From: an uncultured Acidimicrobiales bacterium
Lineage (GTDB): Bacteria > Actinomycetota > Acidimicrobiia > Acidimicrobiales > DATKAS01
Reading direction: 5' to 3'
Assembly: GCA_963708175.1 (NCBI GenBank)
Contig: CAVPSD010000017.1
Coordinates: 23,073 to 87,072 of the forward strand
DNA length: 64,000 bases
Positions within the stretch are counted from its first letter, which is position 1; the number at the start of each line of letters is the position of its first letter. This document shows, one piece after another, positions 21,196 through 29,636 of this stretch. The translations under genes and the position numbers were made by a program. The notes below the pieces were generated by a model that was not told the DNA's origin, made no database searches, and saw nothing but the letters and a program-made list of their open reading frames with translations.

Positions 21196-21510
21196 TCAGG
21201 GGGACGATACCTCCACGCGACGCGCGACCCATTCGGCCTCGATCTCGAATGGGATGCGTCGATACGCGGCCTTGTGCGGATAGCCGCGCAGCCGCGTGCG
21301 CAGGTAGCTACCGAGATAGCGGCGGAGGAACCCGAGGTACCCGAGGTCGGACCATTGCACGACGTGTACGACCTCGTGACGGATCAGCCTCGGGTGGTCC
21401 GCCGAGCGAGCGCGCACGCACACCGTCGATCCGATCGTGATGCCCTCGGATCCGCGCGGCACGGGCCCTCCGATCCAAAGGCGATAGCCGGAGCGCCGCT
21501 CGAGAGGCAC
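21196..21510 (-). CDS. Small DUF4157-like protein with an HExxHxxQ metallopeptidase-type motif
   Basis: 104 aa. GITIGSTVCVRA....LIRHEVVHVVQW matches the DUF4157 core (GITLG..I....L.HE..HV.Q). No further domains. Confidence 0.55.
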   Translation of the reverse strand: MPLERRSGYRLWIGGPVPRGSEGITIGSTVCVRARSADHPRLIRHEVVHVVQWSDLGYLGFLRRYLGSYLRTRLRGYPHKAAYRRIPFEIEAEWVARRVEVSSP

Positions 21511-21528
21511 CGAGACGTCTCAGACCAG

Positions 21529-22239
21529 TCAGAACAGACGAGCCGTGAGCGCCTTGCGGTAGCCGGCGGTGCGAGGGTCGTCCGCGCCCATCACCTCGAG
21601 CAGGTCGACGTACTCCTGCCGAGCCGCGTCGTCGTCCTTCACCCGGTCGAGCAGCGCGTTGAGCTTCTCGTCGAGGTCATCGGTGGCAGGCGCGTCGTCG
21701 CCGAGCCGCGCGAGGGCGGCAACACGCCGCGTCTCGGCGTTCTCGGGGATGCGGGCGAGGAGGGCGAGCGCCTCCTCGGTCTCGCCCTTCTCGACGAGCA
21801 GCTCGGCGAGGGCGACGACCGCCAGCTCGTTGCCCGCGTCGAGCTCGAGCGCCTGGCGCAGCGAGGCTTCGTCACCGGCGGCGACGAGGGCATCGATCGC
21901 GGTCTCCTGCTCGGTCGGGAGGAGGCCCAGGACGAAGTCGCGGACCGCCGCCTCGGGCTGCGCGCCGAGGAACGCGTCGATCGGTTGGCCGTCCTTCAGC
22001 CCGATGACGAGCGGGATCGACTGCACCTGGAAGGCACGCGAGATCTGAGGGTTCTCGTCGACGTTCACCTTGACCAGCGCGACCTTGCCGTCGGCCTCGT
22101 CGATGACCTTCTCGATGATCGGACCGAGCGTGCGGCACGGACCGCACCAGGGCGCCCACAGGTCCATGACCACCGGAACGCTCGACGAGCGCTCGATCAC
22201 CTCGGTCTGGAACGTGGCATCGGTGACGTCGACGTACAT
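21529..22239 (-). CDS. Thioredoxin-domain protein with a TPR-like C-terminal domain (YbbN/CnoX-like)
   Basis: ATG at 22239. Contains VVMDLWAPWCGPCRTLGP (WCGPC active site) followed by a helical-repeat C-terminal half. The upstream part of track ORF 21529..22758 is junk. Confidence 0.85.
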   Translation of the reverse strand: MYVDVTDATFQTEVIERSSSVPVVMDLWAPWCGPCRTLGPIIEKVIDEADGKVALVKVNVDENPQISRAFQVQSIPLVIGLKDGQPIDAFLGAQPEAAVRDFVLGLLPTEQETAIDALVAAGDEASLRQALELDAGNELAVVALAELLVEKGETEEALALLARIPENAETRRVAALARLGDDAPATDDLDEKLNALLDRVKDDDAARQEYVDLLEVMGADDPRTAGYRKALTARLF

Positions 22240-22293
22240 GCGTTTCAGGCTACCGGCGGGCAGCGAAATGACAGAGGGTGTAGAGACGGCCCG

Positions 22294-23106
22294 GTGCGCT
22301 TTGCGATCAGCGTGCCGAACGTCGGTGACCCCGGGGCGCTCGTCGAGCTCGCGACCGTCGCCGAACGCACGGGATGGCACGGCTTCTTCCTCTGGGATCA
22401 CCTGCACCTGCGACGCGAGCTCCACCTCGACGTCCACGATCCGTGGGTGATCCTCGGCGCGTGTGCGGTGCGCACCGGGCGTCTGCGTCTCGGAACCCTC
22501 GTCACGCCGGTGCCGCGTCGCCGGCCGCATGTGCTCTCGAAGCACGTCGTCACCCTCGATCATCTGAGCGGAGGCCGCGCGGTGCTCGGTGTGGGCCTCG
22601 GGTTCCCGCCCGACGAGGAGTACGGCGCCTTCGGCGAGCCGACCGACATGAAGATGCACGCCGCGATGCTCGACGAAGGGCTCGAGGTCGTGGCCGGGCT
22701 GTGGTCGGGCGAGCCGTTCACTCACGCGGGAACGCACTACCGCATCGACGGCGCACATCTGCTGCCGCGTCCGCGTCAGCAGCCGCGGCCGCCGATCTGG
22801 GTGGCCGCGTTATGGCCCAACCGGCGTCCGTTGCAGCGCGCCGCGCGATGGGATGGCGTGGTGCCGCTGAACCCCACGGGGAACCCGCTCACGCCTGAGA
22901 TCGTGCGCGACGTCGTCGCGGCGATCGCCGAGCTCCGTCCGCTCGACGGCTTCGAAGTCGTCGTCACCATGGGCGAAGGGATCGAGCCGTCCGCCTACGA
23001 GGAAGCGGGCGCCACATGGCTCGTCGAGAGCACGTGGCCTGCTTCTGACAGCTGGTACGACGATCTGCGTGCTCGATGCGCCGTCGGTCCGCCCGGCACG
23101 ACCTGA
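22294..23106 (+). CDS. LLM class flavin/F420-dependent oxidoreductase
   Basis: GTG at 22294 gives VRFAISVPNVGDPGALVELATVAERTGWHGFFLWDHL, a luciferase-like monooxygenase N-terminus. LGVGLG is present. Confidence 0.75.
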   Translation: MRFAISVPNVGDPGALVELATVAERTGWHGFFLWDHLHLRRELHLDVHDPWVILGACAVRTGRLRLGTLVTPVPRRRPHVLSKHVVTLDHLSGGRAVLGVGLGFPPDEEYGAFGEPTDMKMHAAMLDEGLEVVAGLWSGEPFTHAGTHYRIDGAHLLPRPRQQPRPPIWVAALWPNRRPLQRAARWDGVVPLNPTGNPLTPEIVRDVVAAIAELRPLDGFEVVVTMGEGIEPSAYEEAGATWLVESTWPASDSWYDDLRARCAVGPPGTT

Positions 23107-23119
23107 CTACGGTGTCGGC

Positions 23120-24157
23120 GTGAAGGTGGACGGACCCGAGGGCATCGACCGCGAACGCGTCGGCGGATGGCTCACCGACAACGTGGCTGACGCCGAACCC
23201 CCCTTCACGTACGAGCTGATCGCGGGCGGGCATTCCAACCTCACGTTCAAGGTCACCGACGCGAAGGGCACGCAGCGGGTCCTGCGCCGCCCGCCCCTCG
23301 GGCACGTGCTCGCTACCGCGCACGACATGGGCCGAGAGCACCGCATCATCGCCGCACTCGGCCCAACCGATGTCCCCGTCGCTCCCGCACTCGGGTTCTG
23401 CGACGACGTGGAGGTGAACGGGGCGCCCTTCTACGTGATGGGATTCGTCGACGGCTACATCCTGCGCGACGCGAACACGGTGCGCAGCACGCTCGACAGG
23501 GATGCGCGCCGCCGCGCCGGAGAAGACCTGGTCGACGTGCTCGCCATGATCCACGACGTCGACCCGGATGCCGTGGGCCTCGGCGATCTCGGGCGCAAGG
23601 CGGGCTACATCGAGCGCCAGATGAAGCGGTGGTACTCGCAGTGGGAGAAGTCGAAGACCCGCGAGCTGCCCGCTATCGACGACGTGTACCAGCACCTCAT
23701 GGCGCGCGTCCCGCCTCAGCAGGGTGCGTCGATCGTCCACGGCGACTACAGGCTCGACAACTGCATGGTCAGTGGCGAAGGGCGCATCGCGGCCGTGCTC
23801 GACTGGGAGATCTGCACGCTCGGCGATCCGCTCGCCGACGTCGGCCTCCTCATGGTCTATTGGACAGGCCCCGACGACTGGGAGGGCGGCCTGGCGACGT
23901 CCGCGACCGCGGTCGAGGGCTTCCCGAACCGAGCCGACCTCCTCGAGCGGTACACGAAGGCGTCGGGACGCGACGCGACGGACATCGACTTCTACACGTC
24001 GTTCGCGTTCTGGAAGCTCGCGTGCATCGTCGAGGGCGTCTATGCCCGATATCTCGCTGGCGCGATGGGCTCCGGCCGCGAGGGGTTCGAGATGTTCAAG
24101 GTGCAGGTCGAGCGCAGCGCCGCCACGGCAGCCGAGATCGCGCAGCGAGTGCAGTGA
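23120..24157 (+). CDS. Phosphotransferase (APH/choline-kinase-like) family protein
   Basis: Contains GGHSNLTFKV, VLRRPPLG, the Brenner-type HGDYRLDNCMV and VLDWEICTLGDP motifs. GTG at 23120. Confidence 0.8.
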   Translation: MKVDGPEGIDRERVGGWLTDNVADAEPPFTYELIAGGHSNLTFKVTDAKGTQRVLRRPPLGHVLATAHDMGREHRIIAALGPTDVPVAPALGFCDDVEVNGAPFYVMGFVDGYILRDANTVRSTLDRDARRRAGEDLVDVLAMIHDVDPDAVGLGDLGRKAGYIERQMKRWYSQWEKSKTRELPAIDDVYQHLMARVPPQQGASIVHGDYRLDNCMVSGEGRIAAVLDWEICTLGDPLADVGLLMVYWTGPDDWEGGLATSATAVEGFPNRADLLERYTKASGRDATDIDFYTSFAFWKLACIVEGVYARYLAGAMGSGREGFEMFKVQVERSAATAAEIAQRVQ

Positions 24158-25056
24158 GCGACGGCGAGCCCGCTCCGCTCTACACGCTGCACGACCGTCC
24201 CGAGCTCGACTCGCCCGTCCTCGTCGTCGCGCTCGAGGGCTGGATCGACGCGGGGCTCGGCGCCGCGGCCGCGGCGCAGGCGTTGGTCGCCGATCTCAAG
24301 CCGAACTCGATCGCTACGTTCGACGCGGATCGCCTGCTCGACTACCGCGCCCGCCGCCCGGTGATGCATCTGCGCGACGGCGTCAACACCGCCCTCACGT
24401 GGCCGGGCATCGAGCTGCACGCGGCCAAGGACCACTCCGGCCGCGACGTGATGCTGCTTCTCGGCCACGAGCCCGACTCGCTGTGGAAGCTGTTCACCGA
24501 GCAGGTCGTGGTGCTGGCGCGCGAGTTCGGCACGCGCCTCGTCGTGGGCCTCGGCGCATACCCGTTCGCCGCGCCGCACACGCGACCGTCGCGGCTGTCG
24601 ACGACGGCGAACTCGACCGAGCTCGCCGAACGGCTCGGGTTCCTCCGCAACTCGGTCGACGTGCCCGCCGGCGTCGAGGCGGCGATCGAACGCCGCTGCG
24701 CCGAAGTCGGTCTCCCTGCGGTCGGCCTGTGGGCGCAGGTGCCGCACTACGCCGCGGCGATGCCCTATCCCCCGGCGTCGATCGCGCTCATCGACGGGCT
24801 CGGGCAAGCCGCGGGTCTCTCGCTGCGTGTCGACTCACTGCGCCAAGCCGCGTCGGAACACGTCGCGAGGCTCGACGAGCTCGTGTCGCAGAGCGATGAG
24901 CACCGCGAGATGCTCCGCCAGCTCGAGGCCCAGGCCGATGCCGAGACGGCCGAGGCGAGCGAGCCGACGACGCTCGCGCCGATCAACCAGAGTGATCTGC
25001 TGAGCGGCGAGGATCTTGCCGCCGAGCTCGAGCGCTTCCTGCGCGAGCAAGGCTGA
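24154..25056 (+). CDS. PAC2 (proteasome assembly chaperone 2-like) family protein
   Basis: The GTG overlaps the upstream TGA (GTGA). LDSPVLVVALEGWIDAGLGA and GLGAYPFAAPHTRP.. are typical of the actinobacterial PAC2 family. Confidence 0.75.
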   Translation: MSDGEPAPLYTLHDRPELDSPVLVVALEGWIDAGLGAAAAAQALVADLKPNSIATFDADRLLDYRARRPVMHLRDGVNTALTWPGIELHAAKDHSGRDVMLLLGHEPDSLWKLFTEQVVVLAREFGTRLVVGLGAYPFAAPHTRPSRLSTTANSTELAERLGFLRNSVDVPAGVEAAIERRCAEVGLPAVGLWAQVPHYAAAMPYPPASIALIDGLGQAAGLSLRVDSLRQAASEHVARLDELVSQSDEHREMLRQLEAQADAETAEASEPTTLAPINQSDLLSGEDLAAELERFLREQG

Positions 25057-25057
25057 C

Positions 25058-25468
25058 TCAGGGAGTCAAGAGCTCCTTCGTCAGCGCGGTGTCCTCGGTG
25101 CCGCGGTACTGGCACACCTTCCCGTCGCGGAAACGCCACCAGTGGTGGATGTCCATCACGCCGCTCTTGCCGGTCGCCTTGACCTTCATCCCGAAACGGC
25201 TCACGACGAGGACGTCGGTGTCGTTCGCCGCGTAGGAGAGCTGCGTGAACTCGGTGACGTCGATCGTCTTTCCCAGCGCTTCGAAGAACAGGGGGACCTC
25301 GGCCTTCCCCTTGTGGACGCCGTGCCACGGCGCGACCGGCGCGTCGGCCACCGACGCCCAATCGACGTCGTCGGTGCACTGATCCAGGATCGCGCCGACG
25401 TCGCCGCGACCGAACGCTTCGTAGATGCCTTCGATGACAGTGATCTTGGGATCGCTCATGTCTCCCAT
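25058..25468 (-). CDS. SnoaL-like / NTF2-fold protein
   Basis: 136 aa. IEGIYEAFGRGDVGAILD..DVDW and WWRFRDGKV are typical of the SnoaL/ketosteroid-isomerase-like fold. Confidence 0.7.
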   Translation of the reverse strand: MGDMSDPKITVIEGIYEAFGRGDVGAILDQCTDDVDWASVADAPVAPWHGVHKGKAEVPLFFEALGKTIDVTEFTQLSYAANDTDVLVVSRFGMKVKATGKSGVMDIHHWWRFRDGKVCQYRGTEDTALTKELLTP

Positions 25469-25519
25469 TCGCTCCGCGGCCTCGGACGGATCACCCTCTC
25501 CCGGCTATCGTCCGCGGCC

Positions 25520-26530
25520 ATGAAGGTTGACGGAGGCATCGGGTTCGATCTCACCAAGGCGGCCGACGCGGCGAAGGAGGCCGAGGCCGCCGGCTACAGC
25601 GGCATCTGGTCGGCAGAGACCAGCCACGACCCGTTCTTCCCGCTGCTCGTCGCCGCGCAGCACACCACCGACATCGAGCTCGGCACGGGCATCGCCGTTG
25701 CGTTCGCGCGCAATCCCATGCTGCTCGCCAACATCGCGTACGACCTGCAGGCGGCGTCGGGGGGCCGGTTCATCCTCGGCCTCGGCAGCCAGATCAAGCC
25801 GCACATCACCAAGCGCTTCTCGATGCCGTGGACCCATCCGGCGGCACGTATGCGTGAGATGGTCCTCGCGATCCGCGCGATCTGGGACTGCTGGAACAAC
25901 GGCACCAAGCTCGACTTCCGCGGCGACTTCTACCAGCACACCCTGATGACACCGTTCTTCAACCCGGGCCCCAACCCGCACGGCGACGCGCGCATCTTCC
26001 TCGCCGGCGTGGGCACGCTGATGACCGAGGTCGCGGGCGAGGCGTGCGATGGCTTCATCTGCCACGGCTTCACGACCGAGCGCTACTTCCGCGAGGTCAC
26101 GCTCCCCGCGCTGGAGCGCGGCCGCGCGAAGGCGGGCAAGACGATGGAGGGCTTCGAGATCTCGGGCCCGTCCTTCGTGGTGACCGGCACGACCGACGAC
26201 GAGCTCAAGGCCGCAACCACTGGCACACGCCAGCAGATCGCGTTCTACGGCTCGACGCCGGCTTACCGTCCCGTGCTCGAGATCCACGGTTGGGGTGATC
26301 TCCAGGACGAGCTCAACTCGCTCTCGAAGCAGGGCGAGTGGGTGAAGATGGGCGACCTCATCGACGACGAGATCCTCAACACCTTCGCCGTCGTCGGCGA
26401 ACCCGAGCAGATCGCACCCGAGCTCCACAAGCGCTACGGCGACTCGATCAACCGCATCTCGTTCTACGCGCCGTACCGCAGCGATCCCGATCGGTGGCGG
26501 GGTGTCCTCGAGGCCCTGAAGGCGGCCTGA
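25520..26530 (+). CDS. F420-dependent LLM class oxidoreductase
   Basis: ATG at 25520. Contains MKVDGGIGFDL..AEAAGYSGIWSAETSHDPFFPL and FILGLGSQIKPHITKRFSMPW. Confidence 0.8.
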   Translation: MKVDGGIGFDLTKAADAAKEAEAAGYSGIWSAETSHDPFFPLLVAAQHTTDIELGTGIAVAFARNPMLLANIAYDLQAASGGRFILGLGSQIKPHITKRFSMPWTHPAARMREMVLAIRAIWDCWNNGTKLDFRGDFYQHTLMTPFFNPGPNPHGDARIFLAGVGTLMTEVAGEACDGFICHGFTTERYFREVTLPALERGRAKAGKTMEGFEISGPSFVVTGTTDDELKAATTGTRQQIAFYGSTPAYRPVLEIHGWGDLQDELNSLSKQGEWVKMGDLIDDEILNTFAVVGEPEQIAPELHKRYGDSINRISFYAPYRSDPDRWRGVLEALKAA

Positions 26531-26539
26531 CACCAGCCC

Positions 26540-26589
26540 TTGACATCCTGACTCAGTCGTGTCCTGATATATCGGATGCCGACTGAGTC
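26540..26589. promoter_or_regulatory. Candidate padR promoter (TTGACA, TGnTATATC-like -10) bracketed by a 10-bp perfect inverted repeat GACTCAGTCG / CGACTGAGTC
   Basis: TTGACA lies at 26540-26545 and the AT-rich TGATATATC at 26565-26573. The IR arms are at 26550-26559 and 26580-26589, immediately upstream of the padR TTG start at 26623. Confidence 0.5.
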
Positions 26590-26622
26590 TGGAAGCACGG
26601 ACGACCACTCCAACCCGCCGCG

Positions 26623-26934
26623 TTGCACATCCTCCTCGCACTGGGGCGCGGCGAGCGTCACGGCTACGCCCTCATCGGCGATGTCGAGGCGCTCAGTGAC
26701 GGATCGATCAAGCTCGGCCCCGGGACGCTCTACGGGACGATCAAGCGCCTCCTCGCCGAAGGGATGATCGAGGAGGCCGAGGAGCGCCCGGACCCCGATC
26801 TCGACGACCAACGCCGCCGCTACTACCGGCTCACGCCCACGGGCGCCGCTGCGGCCACCGCAGAGCTCGACCGGCTCGCATCCCTTGTCACGCGCGGGCG
26901 AGCCGCCTTCACGCCGGCACCGAAACAGGCGTGA
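26623..26934 (+). CDS. PadR family transcriptional regulator
   Basis: Contains HILLALGRGERHGYALIGDVE..GTLYGTIKRLLAEGMIEE....RRRYYRLTPTG. TTG is the only in-frame start after the upstream stop. Confidence 0.88.
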   Translation: MHILLALGRGERHGYALIGDVEALSDGSIKLGPGTLYGTIKRLLAEGMIEEAEERPDPDLDDQRRRYYRLTPTGAAAATAELDRLASLVTRGRAAFTPAPKQA

Positions 26935-27744
26935 TGGACGTCTACCGCCAGCTCCTGCGGCTGTATCCACGCTCGACGCGCGACGAGTACGGCGACGCCA
27001 TGCGACAGGTGCACCGCGACCTGCGTGTGCACGGAGGCCTGCCGCGGTCCGCGCCTGTTCTTCGCGACGACCCGAGACCTTCTCCGGTCCGCGCCAAGGC
27101 TCCGATGGGAGGAAGGAATGGATCAGCACCCCAGCCGCACGCGCGGGATCATCACGATCCTCGTCGCGGCCGCGTTCATCGCCCTCGCCGCGCTCGGCCC
27201 GCTCGCGGGCATCCCCCTCCTCATCTGTCTGATCCTCTACATGCGCAGCCACCGTGATGACATGAGCGCCGCGGGTGCATCGCCGACGCTCTGGATCGGG
27301 CTGCCCGTCGTCGGCGCCATCCTCGTGCTCCTCGCCGCCATCGCGGGCGCTCTGATGGGTGACGACAGCGCATGGTGGCCGCTCGCGGTCGGCCCGTTCC
27401 TCATCGGCGGCGTCATGGTCGTCGTGTCGCTCGTCCTCATGGCGATACACGAGGTGCGAGTCCGCGCGCTCCATCGCGCCGAGCTCGTCGAGCCGCGCAC
27501 CCGTGGTGTCGGCGCAGGCATCGCCGTGACGACCTTGGCGGATCTCATCGCGACAGGCGAGAGCCGCGGATGGGCCGCGTTCATGATCGTGGTCGTCACC
27601 GGGATCACGCTCGCCGTGCTCGGCGCCTACGCCGTGCTGCTGCACCTCACGCGGCCCCGAGGCGCACCCGCGGTGCGGCGAGCGACCGCGCTGCGCCCTC
27701 GCACCGAAGCGGTGAGCGGTCCCTTGGCGTGCCGCAGAACCTGA
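26931..27744 (+). pseudogene. PadR-associated membrane protein, split by a net +1 frameshift near 27025-27060
   Basis: Track ORFs 26931..27257 (MMDVYRQLLRLYPRSTRDEYGDAMRQVHRDL..) and 27025..27744 (..LFFATTRDLLRSAPRLRWEE followed by about 6 TM helices) join into the usual architecture of genes downstream of padR. The start overlaps the padR stop (GTGA). Confidence 0.55.
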
Positions 27745-27797
27745 CTGAGCCGTCTCAGAAACGCTCTCGCAACGCGACAGCCTGAACGGCCCCACCG

Positions 27798-27844
27798 ATC
27801 TTTGTCGCAAAGTGCGCCACTTCTGGCGCACTTTGCGCCAGAGC
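27798..27844. repeat. Palindromic intergenic element, copy B (14-bp perfect stem, CTTC loop)
   Basis: GATCTTTGTCGCAAAGTGCGCCA-cttc-TGGCGCACTTTGCGCCAGAG, between convergent stops at 27744 and 27871. Confidence 0.8.
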
Positions 27845-27870
27845 CAAGGAGGGAATGCTCTCGAACTCGC

Positions 27871-29536
27871 TCAGGCGAGCTGTAAGTCTTCGTCGAGATA
27901 GCGCTGCTTGCAGAGGGTGCGCTGCAGCTTGCCCGACGACGTCTTCGGCATCGTGCCCGCCACCACCAGCATCACGTCGCGCGGCGGCACGCCGGCGACC
28001 TCGAGGACTCGCTGGTGGACGGCCTTGCGCACCGCTTCGACGTCGTCGGCACGCGTCTCGGCCACCACAACGACCGACTCCTTGCCCTTGTAGCCCTCGA
28101 CGCCGAACGCGATCACGTTGCCGGCGCGGACACCTTCCATCGGCCCGATCGCCCGTTCGATGTCCTCAGGGAACAGGTTGCGGCCACCGATGATGATGAC
28201 GTCCTTGATGCGGCCACAGATCACGAGCTCGCCGTCGAGGAGGTAGGCAAGGTCGCCGGTGCGCAGCCAGCCGTCACGGAACAGCTCTGCGGTCGCGTCG
28301 GGACGCTTGTAGTAGCCAGGCGTCACCGACGTGCCCGAGATCTCGAGCTCGCCGACCTCACGCTCGCCGAGCACCGCACCGGTCTTCTGGTCGCAGATCC
28401 GGATCTCGAGCCCGGGAACCGGAGTGCCGAGCAACGGCAGGCGGCGGGCGTACTCGTCGTCGGGATCAACCGGCTTCGCGATGTGCTGGGTCTCGAGGAC
28501 ACGCCGGTCGACGATGTCGCAGACCATGCCCCTCATCGGCGGTGGGAACGTGCCGGCGATCGCGACCTCGGCCATGCCGAACGCGGAGAACTCGGCCCCC
28601 GGACGGAAGCCGTGCGGCGCCGCCGCGGCGACGAACGCTTCGACCGCGTCGGGGTCGATCGGCTCGGCGCCGTTGAGCGCGATCCGCATCGACGAAAGGT
28701 CGAGGCCGCTCATCCGCTTCAACGCGCGGGTGGCGAGCACCCACGAGAAGTTCGGGCCTGCGGTCGCGGTGCCGCGGTACGTCGAGATCCACTCCATCCA
28801 GGCGCCCGGATGCGCGAGGAACTCTTGCGGTGAGGCGAGCACGAGCCCCGCGCCGGTCGTCATGGGCGTCGTCATGCAGCCGACGAGGCCCATGTCGTGG
28901 TACAGGGGCAGCCACGAGACGAGCACATCGCCGTCCACGTCGAGAGACGTCGCCTCGCCGATTGCGTCGAGGTTGGAGCACAAGACCCGCTGAGGCAGCA
29001 TCACCCCCTTCGGCTCGGACGTGGACCCGCTCGTGAACTGCAGGATCGCCAACCGCTCGAGGTCATCGGGCACGCGCTCGGTACGCGTCCGGCGACGGGC
29101 GGCCCTTGCCGGGCATGAGGTCCGGCAGCAGCACTGACGGCGGATCGCCCTCGACCGGCTCGTAGAACGGGGCGAGGTCGGGGTCGATCAGCAGGAGGGC
29201 GGCGTCGGCGTTGCGGATGCGCGACCGCGTCTGCGTGACGAACTCCTCGAGTGACCCCATGCGCATCGGCAACGGGAGAACGACGGCGCACGCGCCGGCG
29301 AGCCAGCACGCCTGGATCGCGGTGACGAGTGGACGGCTGGTCGGTCCGAGGATCGCGACGTGGTCGCCAGGACTGATGTCTCGCGCCTGCATGCCGGCAG
29401 CGATGACACGAGCGTCGTCGTGCAGCTGTGCCCACGGCACCAGCACGCGGTCGTCCTTGCTGATGAAGGTCGCCCCGTGCTTGTGCTCCGCGGCGCGCTC
29501 GATTCGAGCGATCAAGGGAGTGGGCGCCACGGCCAT
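27871..29536 (-). pseudogene. Fatty acyl-AMP ligase / AMP-dependent synthetase, split by a net +1 frameshift near 29075-29110
   Basis: Track ORFs 29063..29536 (N-terminal domain) and 27871..29073 join just before the AMP-binding motif LQFTSGSTSEPKGV. Also present are YHDMGL, GTPVPG, TGDLAY and GRIKDVIIIGGRN. Confidence 0.8.
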
Positions 29537-29636
29537 AAGACTTGCGCGAAAGGCGGCCGGTTACGAATCACGGCTGCGAAACTCAGCTGCCAATCTCGTC
29601 CGGGGCCAGGAGGGGTGGCCCGGTAACCTCGCCTCC

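Noticed and set aside
27871-29536. The FAAL gene as the seed of a lipopeptide or polyketide biosynthetic cluster.
   Set aside because: No PKS, NRPS, ACP, condensation or tailoring genes lie nearby. Its neighbours are leuS and a PadR module.
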